From the NCBI GenBank assembly GCA_000934665.2, contig JYFJ02002668.1, positions 1 to 52,960 on the forward strand: a DNA stretch of 52,960 nt, given 5' to 3'. Below, piece after piece: positions 12,678 to 24,800 of the stretch. The stretch is from Catajapyx aquilonaris (Eukaryota). The number at the start of each line of letters is the position of its first letter. Within the stretch, counting starts at the first letter, position 1. The notes under the pieces are model-generated. The model was not told the DNA's origin. It did no database searches and worked only from the letters and a program-made list of their open reading frames with translations. The translations under genes and the position numbers were made by a program.

Positions 12678-12740
12678 GGACCAGTTGCACCGGCCTCAGT
12701 ATAACTTAGAACCTTATACTGAGGCCGGTGCAACTGGCCC
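12678..12740. mobile_element. 63-bp hairpin mini-MITE abutting the previous element
   Basis: 27-bp arms GGACCAGTTGCACCGGCCTCAGTATAA / TTATACTGAGGCCGGTGCAACTGGCCC with 1 mismatch. Confidence 0.7.
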
Positions 12741-14458
12741 CAAGGAGGAAAAGTCTACTCGTATCACGTTCGAGTGACTTGCCAATATTGTTTTCCCATA
12801 ATAATTAATAAGCCAGTTACCTGTTGGTGTCATATATCTATTGAAAGCTTGATTGTGTCACAGTCCTACCATAACAGGCTTCACAGCCCACCAATCCCCT
12901 CCTGCCTGCACTAATCCTCTTCCAAGCAGCACCCCCATAATCATGCATAATGTAGTTGTCCCAAGGCAATACACTCACATTTTCATGTGCAGATGGATGC
13001 ATGTCCACTTGTCCATTGAAGGAATCGTTCACATCATTACTTTGGTAAGAGGATGGATTTTCAGTCACACAGCAATCAATATTGGCCCCTCTTCCTTCAG
13101 TTTCTTGCGTCAATAATGCAGTCATCTCTTGCTTCCAGTGGCCCTGTTAAAGGAAAATTCATTAGTTTCAATGTGAAGCATCAAAATGCCTCTCCATTGC
13201 AACATGCACAAGTGCTTCCATCCAATGATTTAACAAGGCAATATGTCTGTAAGCTCACTCCCAAATCCTCTTCTTTTAATACACAAACTCTAAAATTAAT
13301 TTGCATTTTTAAAAAACTTACTGGAAAATAGACTCATTAGCATCTCAAAGGTCTAACGCATTTCATGAAATGGACAACCATGAAAACCTGACATTTGCTG
13401 AACCTACCGTAATCCTCAGAACCTCATAAGAATTATTATTGCAGACGAAGTTTACCTCTACGTCTAAAGTGCTGCTTGTTGCTCCAGGCTGTCCAAAGTT
13501 TCCTCCGTGAAGATCAAAACCTGCACAAGCCCCTTGATGTAAAAGCTGCTCCGACTTACAATCATCGATAGTAACATCAGAGCTTCTTTCATGATGCACT
13601 TCTGTAGGGAGTAAAGAGCAACTGGATTGTATACTTTACCACAAAGGCAATGAGGGCAACTCCGGAATTCTATCCAACCTTCATTGACAAGTGTCCTCTT
13701 CCCTTCCTGTTCCTTCAGGATGAACCCTTCTATCCTGGCCATCCTCCTGTCCATCTCTGCCATGGTCCTCTCAATCCTGTCATTCTGAGCAATGCTTCGT
13801 TCCAGGAGGGACACAATGTGGGGCAACCAGGTTGGTCCTTGGGTGGCCATGTCTCCTCCGCAATTCCACGAACAAGCAGTCTTGAAGGGAATGATGAGCC
13901 AGTGTCCAGAGGTTCAGAGGAAGGAAGGAAACTATGGGAGAGAGAAGAGAAGAAGAAGAAATGGAGAGAAAACCTGAACTAATCAGACGCCATGTTGGGC
14001 GCATTCGGATCGACGCCACGTTGCCTCCTAGGAACTGTTCAAAATGAATAGATCAATATGAACTGTGATGAGTATCACCAACTGTGACATTAAAAGAAAA
14101 CTCAGTGCATGATTACGTGACTCTGACAAGCAGAATTTATTCAATTATTTCAACATAACAGAATTAATTGCGCATAACCTATAATCAAGTCATTTCCTCA
14201 AGGTCTGCTTGTACGGGTCTTGCATTTCACTAGCATTTTCTCGGAAGTGTATGGCAATTACACCATAAATTTTGACACACCTGACCTGAATAAATATGCA
14301 AATTTTATTTGCAAGAATTCAAATCAAACAATAACTTAAGTTCCTTCCTCTGAGCAGTAACATACAATATCGGTACTGAGAAATGTACTTTCCATACTCC
14401 GAAAAGGTGCTTTTTCTGGCGGGGAAAGCCCCCATGATACCTCAGGATTGAGTGTGGT

Positions 14459-17451
14459 TCAAGTGGCTCCATGAAGACGTCGCACATGAACATTCATGTT
14501 ATGCTTCAAGGTAAAAGTACGATTGCAAAATGGGCAAGAATATGGCTTTTCTCCTGTATGTTTGCGCAAATGCTTATTCAAATCAGATTTTGCAGCAAAA
14601 CATTTACGGCAGACATGACAACTGAATGGTTTCTCACCTGTGTGGGCCATTCTGTGACGTGTCAGATCCTGAGACTGGCTGAAAGCCATCCCACATTCCT
14701 GACACTCATAAGGTCTTAATCCAAGGTGAACGCTTTTCAAATGAACCGATTGATAATATTTGGTGGAGAAGCTGGCACCGCACAATTTGCAGGAAAATTT
14801 TGATTTGCTCCCTCCTGGATGGACTTTACCATGGCCTGAATGAACCAACTGGTGAGAAACAAATTCTACCTTTTCACTGGTAGCATATGAACACATTTTG
14901 CAACTGAACGAAGCAGGGTTTTTGGCTACTTTCTGTTTCCTTCCTTCCCTTCGGTCTCTTAATAGGGTCCTTTCAGTCTCATTTGCCTGGAGAAGCTCTG
15001 GAGATGCACTTCCTCCAGAGGATTCTCTCTGTGCCACAAATATGTTTTGTTGTCCTAACTCAGAAACCTCCATAACCTCCTCTTCTTGTTTAACCATCAC
15101 TTCATGGGACTTAATGCATTCTTCCAGAGCAGATGGACTGTTGAAAGTCGCGTTGCAGATTCCACATTGAAAAGGATCCCTGGAAGGCAGCTGGCTCTTT
15201 GGATAAAAATGGACAAAAATTTGTGTCAACAAGTATGACTCACTCTCAGTTGCAAAACATACACTTCAAAATTCAACGTGTGTTGAGCTAATAGGGGACA
15301 CTGTGGCATCCTCATGCTGTCATGAGCAGGGTTGTGAACCGAACTGAACCCTTGCTCCGTGAACCCGATAACATCGGAGCCACTCCGGAGTAGTAGGGCC
15401 GGGTCCAGAGCGAGTGGCAGAGCTTGGTTTGAGTTCGAGCCGGTTTGGGGGGGGAGTGGAGCCAAAGTCAGAGTGGGTCCAGAGTTTGGTTGGGAGCTTG
15501 CCAGCTTGGTCCGGCGTTTGGTTTGGGCCAACGTCTCTGGAGTTGAACCAGGTTCCAGAGGGAGGTTCGGAGTGGTTCAGAGCTTGGTTAGGTCCAACAT
15601 ACCAACGCAACAGGGGGAGAGGCAGAAAAACCGCTCCATTTACTCCAGCATATGCGTCATGTTTTCATGGTGGGAGATTGACATTTCCAAGTACCAGTGA
15701 TACATGGTGTACTGCAAATGTCACATTTTTATGTCATATGCATTTTTGTATGTAACAATATGTCATACCCATTTTTTGGGTGTCACAAAATGTCCTACCC
15801 GTATTTTGGATGTCGCATTTGTTATATGTCACATCTTCATATCGTACACATTTGTTGTATGTCACATTTTATGTCATACACATTTTTTGTATGTTACAAT
15901 ATGATATTGTAACATACAAAAAATGCGTATGAGATAAAAATGTGATATACACCCTTTATCGCGGGTGCTTGGAAATGTCAATCTGCTACCATGAAAACAT
16001 GACGCATATGCTGGGTAAATCCAGCGGTTTTTCTGCCTTTCCCCCCGTTGCGTTGGTATGTTGGACCTAACCAAGCTCTGAACAGCTCCAAATCTCCCTC
16101 TGGAATCTGGATCAACAACGGAGGTGTTGGCCCAAACCAAACGCCGGACCACGCTGGCAAGCTCCCAACCAAACTCCAGACCCGCTCCGGCCTTGGCTCC
16201 ACTCTCCCCCCGAACCAGCTCAAACCTGAACCAAGCTCTGACGCTCGCTCCGGAGCCGGCTCTACTGCTCCAGAGTGGCTCCGATGTTATAGGGTTCACG
16301 GAGCTAGGGTTCAGTTCGGTTCACAACCCTGGTCATGAGTGGGTTGTGTTGATTAAGAAATGGTGGATGCTGGACTCTAATAGCTAGTATAATACCTATC
16401 TGAATTTGACACATTTAAATAGGTTTTGTTTTCCCCCCAGAATAAACAAGCCAGGCATAATGTAGTTTCCCCAAGTTAATAGACTCACATTCTCATGTCC
16501 ATAAGCATGAAATTCCATTTGTCCACTGCAGGAATCGCCCACGTCATTACTCTGGTAGAGGGATGGGTTTGCAGTTATACAGTAATCAGTATCGGGTCCT
16601 CTTTCTTCATTTCCTTGCATCAAAAGTTCAGCTGTCTCCTGCTTCCAGTTATCCTGGGGGGGAAAAATCATTAATTTCAATGTAAAGCAGCAAAATGCCT
16701 TTGCATTGCAACAAGCATACACACTGAAATGGGGAAACCCAACTATTTCGTGTGATATCAGGCAATACGTCTGTTGAATGAAATTCTCAGTCTCCACAAC
16801 CTCTTCTTTTTGCTCAACAAGATTTAGATTGGTTATTAAAATAAACAAATACAAAGAACTTGGGAATCAAAGATGGCTGTGTCATAACTTAACCAAATGC
16901 CTAACCCATGGCCTGAACCCAGCATCGTGAAAAATTGACATTTGCTGGACATACCATAACGTCAAAACCTCACACAAAATACAGGTAAAGCATTCCTCTA
17001 CCTCTAGAGTGCTGTTGACTTGTCCTTCGGCCCGCCCTCCATTTCCTCCAAGAAGATCAAAACTTGCAGACGTCCCCTGATGTAGATGCTGCTCTGACTG
17101 ATGATCTTCGATAGATACATCAGAGCGTCTTTCATGATGCCGTTCTGTAGGGAGTAGAGAGCAACGGTATTGCTTAAGTTCCCACAAATGAAATGGGGGA
17201 AAGAAAGGGCAGAAATTCCCAACTCTGAGTTACACACGACCTCCACCTGTCCTCATCCTCTCCTCCTGTTCCTTCAGGATGAACCCTTCTATCCTGGCCA
17301 TCCTTTGGTCCATCTCAGTCATCCTCCTGTCCATCTGACCCATCCTCCTGTCCAGCTCTGTAATGGTCCTCTCAATCCTGTCAGTCTGGGAAAGGCTTCG
17401 TTCCAGGAGAGATACAATGTGGGGCAACCAGGTTGGTGGTTGGGTGGCCAT
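14459..17451 (-). CDS. G4: four-exon C2H2 zinc-finger protein (ZF exon 15196-14459)
   Basis: Intact exon 1 ORF with two extra heptads and an intact six-finger exon; the exon-2 donor is altered (see findings). Confidence 0.85.
15327..16331. mobile_element. hAT-like palindromic MITE in intron 3 of G4
   Basis: ~370-bp inverted arms starting CAGGGTTGTGAACCGAAC; 8-bp TSD GTCATGAG (15319-26, 16332-39); empty site present in G5, G6 and G7; centre of TGTCAYA-rich repeats. Confidence 0.92.
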
Positions 17452-17944
17452 GTCTCCCCACCAATTCCGACAAGTGGTACTGTTCAGCAGAGATTCAGTT
17501 CAGCCTGTCCAGAGGCCGGGAAGAGAGGAAACGAAGCGACGGGATGAGTTCAGAGGAGAGAAGAGATCAGTCAGAGAAGACACCTAAGCAGACGCCATGT
17601 TTGGGCGCATTCCGATCGACGCCACGTTGCCTCCACGGAACTGTTCGAAATGTCACACTCCTTGTTGAGCTTCACTAATTTTACAGCCAAATGTCACCAG
17701 ACATGAATCGAATGAGTTGAACACAATCTGTGACCTGGAAAGCAGTAAACTCTGCGCATGTCAGGAGAGAGTGCACTTGATTGTGTTAATACGATTTTAG
17801 AAAATTAGTTAAAACTCTCTTGATGAACGCAGACTGGAAAAATCAATGGCTCGACGAATAATGTATTTGAACAGACAAATTTTTCATACAAATCTGTAAC
17901 AAAATATGTTTTCTGATACATTTTCTCAGCAACTTATTATCACC

Positions 17945-19644
17945 GGCTAATTCCATGCGTTTAAGCCACTGTAACAGAGGCTTCAGATATGAATGTAAAA
18001 TATTCTACACATTTATGACTTAAATGTTAGTGTTATTATTGGGAGGATATTTTCAAAGACACAAATTAAAATATTATTATGTGAACTTGGTGTTATGTTA
18101 TTAATTTTACAAGAAATAAATTATTTCTTTTGCAGCTTACGCGACACTTGAAACGTGACTTATTAGGCCTACAAGACACTTTTGTCCTCATTGCTTTCTG
18201 ATTAGATTCATGCGAAGAATTTTGGATATTTAGGACAGAATTAAAGTCATCTCTCTTATAACATATGATTTCATTTAAACATATGATAGGTCTACATGAG
18301 AATGTGCAGGGCTACAATTCTTAAAATTAACAGTTGAACTGTATAATGCATAATATAATGTGTAGCCTACCTGAGCAGACAGCAGTGTAGTCATTTTATT
18401 GTCATTTGATATGGCCAGGTGTGATACACGATGGTCATTGCTGGCCACTCTGTCGTGGGATATAATAATGCCATGAAGGCGGAATAATGTGTATGTAGGC
18501 TGCCACATTGTATGTAGTCTATATGTACGTATAAATGGTCTATAAATTAGTAAACCTGCCCAACAAAGTAATAAGTAGTCAGTTCTGTCCATTACATTTG
18601 CAATCAATAGCAATCCATACAATGTCTTTAATAAGTCAAGTTAAAAATGAACCATATCAAACTCAAAAATGGAAGCATTGGAAATAAGAGAAGAATGTTC
18701 CAGATCATAATGTCCAAGTGTACTGAAATAATGAGATTTTCTCAGTCAGAAAAACAACTTCTTTTCCAGTAGGATTCCACACTTCATCAAGTGCAGCTAT
18801 TCTTCTTTCGATATCCTTTGATTCAATGAATATAATATTAATATTTAGATAAACTCTAAGGGGAACTTCCGCAAATTCTCCAGCTGTGTTTGGATCAAAC
18901 TGTCTGGCATTGATGGCTTCTCAAACTCTACATTTTACCTTCAAAGCGTCTCTCTCACTGAAAGTCACAGATTTTTAAACAATTACACCTTTCTTTTTGC
19001 CTCTCCAATGCACTTATCTAGGACAGCACTTACTTCCCTTCTTGCTTTAACGAAGATATTTGCATTTTCTTACATTCCACTACTGTAAGTGCCATTTTAC
19101 CAGCCAGGAAACAATAGTGACAGTGGCATCCAAGCAGAAGCGTGACTTACACGACAAAAATTAAATGGCTATAACGATGTTCATACAAAAACTAGCTGAA
19201 AAGGTAATTAATGTCAACTTTTAGATTTTGGTACTACAGCCAAAAATTTAAAAAAGGTCAAAAAAGTGTGACTTACGCGACACACAAAGATGGTATTTAA
19301 CCTGGCAAATTTTTATGATGAATAAGTCATTGCAATTGAAAGAAAAATGTATAGTACATTCATCCAGTTCCTATGTGATATAAATCACAGATTACTGCAT
19401 AAAAAACACTACCTTACTTGTTGAATTTTGAAGATTTTTATGGAGCCTTAGAACAAAGAAATTTGCACACCCGGCATATTGGAAATAAACAGTGTTCTTA
19501 ACTTGAATGTATGTGACAATTTCCTAACATCTGGTCAAAAATTTAAAAAATACGCAATCTCAGCTTTCAGAAAAGACCATGATCTCACAGAAATTATTTA
19601 TTTTAAAATCTGACCCTGATGTATACTTTTGCATGGAATTAGCC
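17945..19644. mobile_element. 1.7-kb non-autonomous DNA transposon with 14-bp TIR and 4-bp TSD (possibly Sola-like)
   Basis: TIR GGCTAATTCCATGC / GCATGGAATTAGCC; TSD CACC; empty site ATCACCAAC at ~27355 and ~30108; internal CTTACRCGACA repeats. Confidence 0.8.
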
Positions 19645-19833
19645 CACCAACATTACACAGTACATAACCCACATACAAGTAAGTGCAAGTCTTCCCTCAG
19701 GGTCAGCTTCTCCTTATCTTGTGTTTCCAGTTCTATTCTCCTGCTTATATGAAGGGGATTGATTATTCATTAGAATTTGATACATCTCGTAATGAACTCA
19801 GTGCATGTCATTGATGTCAAACATTTGTTACAA

Positions 19834-20790
19834 TCTTTTTTATAATATTAAAATGCTTGCGTTGCTTGGCCGAGCCCTCATCAATAGCAATGTCTCACCA
19901 ACGAAAAAATATATACCATACTTACTCTAGAAGGCAAAGTAAAAAATTATCTATGGTAAGTTTTATTTTTTGGATTAACCAAGCAAGCAGCATGCTCTTT
20001 GTACAGTAGTACATCAACAACCTGTGAAGAGCTCCCTTTCCAGGATCATTTTCCGATTGTCTGTGTTTCCCAATTATCTGGCAACACCCGTGTGCAGTCA
20101 TTAGCTTGGATAATAATCTGGAGTACAGTGTACCTATGTGTACAGACTGTAGGGTCGCCCAGCTGTATAAACACTGGGTAAGCTCGGTTCGCCACCTTGA
20201 ATCACACCCATCATTGGAACCACAGATGGGAACTGTATTTTCAAATTGCGCACCCTTAACCCTTTCACAAGTTTTTGTCAGGTTTTCGGGCCGGCTCTTT
20301 CCTTCTTTTTGTTCAAAATTCCATGTAGGAGTGATATTAATGAATAACAACTTTGAGCCAAAATCTATAATATTAAAATCCTTGCGGACTATGTATAAGA
20401 CATCTGATTGGTCCGTCGTCATATTGTTGCCGCCACTTTCCCATTGGCCCACGTTCTACTTATGCGCAATGGGGTGTAGACAACTCCTCTGTTGGGTTGC
20501 CAGGGAAACTGTCCATTCGTTCTCGGTATTGTTGCCCAGTTGGCACTACTGTGAATTTGTTTAGAGAGTCAGTTCCCTTCATGGAACAACAGACACAGGA
20601 CAGACATGTTCTCACTTCTCACTAATCGGGCCGTTCGAAGACTGCTGGAGGGCCAACGTTACACCCTCCCACGGCGATATGACTCACCGAATAGGTACCC
20701 CAGTCCGCAGCCTAGAAAAGAGGGAGCGAAGAGAGTGGTTTTCTAGGTCTGCGCACTAAGAAAATGCGAGCGGAGCGAGGGTTTTCCTAG
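19834..20790 (+). mobile_element. Non-autonomous Helitron-like insertion(s)
   Basis: Departs from the paralogous sequence at A|TCTTTTTTATAATATTAAAAT; second 5'-like start TCTATAATATTAAAAT at 20364; 3' end GCGAGCGGAGCGAGGGTTTTCCTAG|T. Internal 19899-20070 resembles 4050-4210. Confidence 0.65.
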
Positions 20791-20851
20791 TTAATCATTT
20801 AAATTCGTGGTGGTCCTTTTGATTGCAAAATGCCGGAGAAAAAATCATATA

Positions 20852-21384
20852 CAGGGTGTCCCACAAAATAAACTTTTTAGAATCGTACGGCTCTCAAAAA
20901 GTCAATAGGCCTAACACATTTACTCAGTGACTATGGTACATTGTTCTTATGGTTACATAATATTGCCACAACACTGTACTATGATAAACTCGCAAGGGTC
21001 GGGGAGGTGTAGATGGCCGAGATCGGCGAGATGGTAACATCTCGGCTTGCTGAGTGAAAGGTTCGATCCCCGCCTGGGGAACTTTCCTTTCACCTGCGTC
21101 AGGAGGGTCTCTGACCTGCACCAAGGAGGTGTCTGGCAACCTAACCTCCTGGGGAACAGCACATGACCCCTTTACAGATCTTGCACTTGCACCTATGTTC
21201 CCTCCCCAAAAATCCCTACCCCTACCCTACATCCTTGACTCCTTGCACCGGATATTGAAGTTAAAATCTAGAAAAATGGAGTGAAATGGTGGTATTCCAC
21301 CCCCCTATAAAAAGGCTCCACCTTATCACGGGGTAACTTTTTTAAAAAAAACATCCCAAGAGTCCATACTTTACGGGCACCCTG
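20852..21384. mobile_element. Tc1/mariner-type MITE with a nested tRNA-derived SINE (~20996-21160)
   Basis: TA|CAGGGTGTCCC ... CGGGCACCCTG|TA termini; inner A box TGGCCGAGATCGG and B box GGTTCGATCCC. Confidence 0.65.
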
Positions 21385-21893
21385 TACTGAGGGAACATGT
21401 TTACATAAATGATCACGTGGGAGCAACGTGACCTTGGCATTTACATACGATTCAACTTGGCAGGAACAGGGGTGGAATCTGGAGTTGCTATGGTAGTTGA
21501 GTCACCATCCAAGAGATGGCAGGAGCACATTGAACTGGGTTAGGCACCGCAAAGTTCGCCTTCTCTATGCACATCCTCGCGCACCAAATTTAAAAACCCT
21601 CAGGACATCGTAATAATTATGATGTACTTAGCCGTCAAAGGTTTAATACAAGGAGGGGGGAGGTCGGGGGGAGGGGAGTATGATGAGGATAATTGTTGGG
21701 TGAGCATCATTAAGAACATGGCCTGCGCCAATAACGCCAAAACCAATAACATAAGTTGCTCAGTCTGAGCAGTAGCACACAGCGGAAGTAGTGAAATGCG
21801 CTTTCCTGTACCCTGAAACCCCTGCATCATCATGTAATCTCAACAAATATTGTTTCAGGGAATGTCCCCTAATATCCCAGGATTGAGAACGGT

Positions 21894-24800
21894 TTAAGTT
21901 GCGTCACGACAACGTCGCACATGTTTATTCATGGTAGAATTCAGCCTGAACTTACGATTGCAAAATTGGCAAGAATACGGCTTTTCTCCTGTATGCTTGC
22001 GCAAATGCCTTTTCAAATCAGATTTTGTTCCACAGCATTGAAGGCACATATGACAACTGAATGGCTTGTCACCTGTGTGGACCGTTCTGTGGCGCTTCAG
22101 ATGACTAGGTTGGCTGAAAGCCATGCCACACACTACACACTTATAAGGCTTTAAACCAAGATGAACAGTTTTCAGATGACGAGATTGATGATATTTGCTG
22201 GTGAAGCCAGCACCACACAATTTGCAGTAAAATTTTGATTTACTCACTCCTGAATGGACCTTACCATGTGCTGAATGGGTCAGCTGGTGAGAAACAAACG
22301 CTTTCTTTTCAACAGTAGAATATGTACAGACTTTGCAACAGAAAGTTGCAGGTTTTGTAGTCCCTTTCTCTTCCTTTCCTCTCCTCTTGCATCTCAGTAG
22401 GGTCCTCTCATTCTCATTTGCCTGGAGATGCTCTGGAGTCGCACTTTCTCCAGAGGATTCTCCCTGCACCCCAAAGCTAATTTGTTGTTCTGACTGAGAA
22501 GACTGCATAACCACCTCTTCTTCTTCAACTCGAACTGCATGCGACTTGACACATTCTTCCAGAGCAGATGGAATGTTGAAAGTCTTGTTGCAGATTCCAC
22601 ATTGAAAAGGGTCCATGGATGGCAGCTGGCTCTTTGGATATAAATGGATAAAAATTTGTGTCAACAAGTATGACTCAGTTGCACAACATACAATTCAAAA
22701 TTCAACAGCCAATAGGGCACACTGTGGAATCCTCATGCAGTCATGAGTGGGTTGTGGTGGTTAAAAAATGGTCGATGATGGACTCTAATTCCTATCTGAA
22801 TTTGACACATTAAAATTGGTTTGGTTTTCCCCCCATAATAAACAAGCCAGGTACCCGCATATTGTAGTTTCCCCAAGTTAATACACTCACATTCTCATGT
22901 CCATGAGCATGAAATTCCATTTGTCCACTGCAGGTATCACCCACTTCATTGCTTTGGTAGAGGGGTGGGATTTCTGTTACACAGCAATCAATATCGGGTC
23001 CTCTTTCTTCATTTCCTCGCATCAAAAGTTCCGCTCTCTTCTGCTTCCAGTTATCCTGGGGGTNGGGGGGGGAATCATTAATTTCAATGTAAAGCAGCAA
23101 AATATCTTTGCATTGCAACAAGCATACACACTGAAATGGGGCAACCCAACTATTTCGTGTGATATCAGGCAATACGTCAGTTGAATGAAATGCTCATTCT
23201 CCACAACCTCTTCTTTTCGCTCAACAAGCTTGAGATTGGTTATTAACATAAACAAACACAAAAAACTTGGGAATCAAAGATGGCTGTGTCATAACTTAAC
23301 CAAATGCCTAACCCATGGCAAGGAGCATACTACATAACAGGCGCAAACATTCGATTTTTGCGTCTCTCTGTTTATAGGGCGTTGCCAAGGCTGGCGGCCA
23401 TTTAGATGTGTGTGGTACGCCAACGAGGTATAAATAGGGTACAGGCAAGCCGTCAAGGTCCGCGGGGATCCGCCATCTTTGATGGTTTCGGCTGCCATGG
23501 AAATACACGGCGATAACAATTTACTCACCCATTCCAATATCGAATTCTAATTCGCGCGTGTTCTTGCCGTGTAGTTGCCATGGCAGCCAAAACCTTCAAA
23601 GATGGCCTACCCTATGTTTGCCTGTACCCTATTTATCGTTGGCATACCACACATTTCAAAATGGCCGCCAGCCTTGGCAACGCCCTATAAACAGAGAGAC
23701 GTGAACATCAAAGGCGCCGACAGAAGTTTAGGCCGGTATCCACGTACGAGAATCTCGCATACGAGGAGCCGCGAGGAGCCAACTGCGCATGCCCAGATAC
23801 GAGAAAAGAGGAAAAAGTAGAAAATTTTCTACTTTTTCCCTCTGCCACGGTCCCTCTGACAGGGTCCCTCTGACAGGGTCATTTTGATCAGGTAACTATA
23901 CTATAGGTGCGTTTGTTATCCCTTGGTGTGGGCTACCAATGCACCGAATTTCAAGAAAATCGGTGAGGTAGGAATTTTACGAGTTGAAAAATGTCCCAAG
24001 TTGTCAGGGCAAATCTCAAGACATCATAATTATGATGTCCGTAGGCCAACCGTAGGCCCTGCAGCAATATAAGCTCGCACATCATAATTATGATGTCCGT
24101 AGTCGTCAAAGGGTTAAAGAAGGTCAACCTCCTGTCAACACCGCAGGGAGAGGTTGTAAGCAGGATTGGCTGCGATATTCAACACTGAACCCGGGAATAG
24201 GTCGACAATATCAAAAGAAATTGTCGGGAAGAATAATTAAATCAGTACTTGATCGTCTTTCTTATGAGCAGTTACAAAACCTGGTCGGAAAGTGTGCATA
24301 ATATAATTGAGATACATGTGTGTGATGAGTGCATGTGAGTAGAGGCGGTAGAGGTTGTGAATTTCTGTTCGTACAATAAGTTATTGGGGGTTTTAAAAAT
24401 TCAAAAGGAATTGGCATGTTAGTCCGGGCCCTAAGCGCAAAAATCAGGCCTAACCTTGCACTTCGTGAGAAAAAGGTGCCACTTGGCACATGTGTTCCTT
24501 AGGCCTATAGGAGCAATTCCAGAGTTGCAGGCAACTGATCGGCCCCTTAGGTCACGAGTTATGCGGTGTTGCCAACATGGCCTGGGATGACCTGAGCGTT
24601 TTTAATGTCGCATTTTGTGATAAGAAGGTACCGCTTGGCACATATGTTCCCTAGGCCTGTAGGAGTCGCTTGAGACATGGCGGCACTTGATCGGGTCCTT
24701 AGGTCAGGAGTTATGCGGTGTTGCCAACCTGGTCCTGGACCTAAACGTTTTGTACCATTTTTAACTTTGCATTTTGGGATAAGATGGCGCCACTTCGCAC

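Larger units (their letters stand above)
11536..13850 (-). pseudogene. G3: zinc-finger paralog truncated after finger 4 (ZF exon starts 12129)
   Basis: ORF ends HAGEKSFRFVFTT*; decayed remains of fingers 5-6 (HTGEK.., MKVHVRRLH) at ~11430-11535 contain stops. It may still encode a shortened protein. Confidence 0.7.

Noticed and set aside
15226..16387. Paired ~100-140-aa ORFs on both strands
   Set aside because: They mirror each other because they lie in the arms of a GC-rich palindromic MITE.
19922..20564. 176-aa and 152-aa overlapping ORFs
   Set aside because: They lie in nested TE debris, span an internal element junction and show no recognisable domain.
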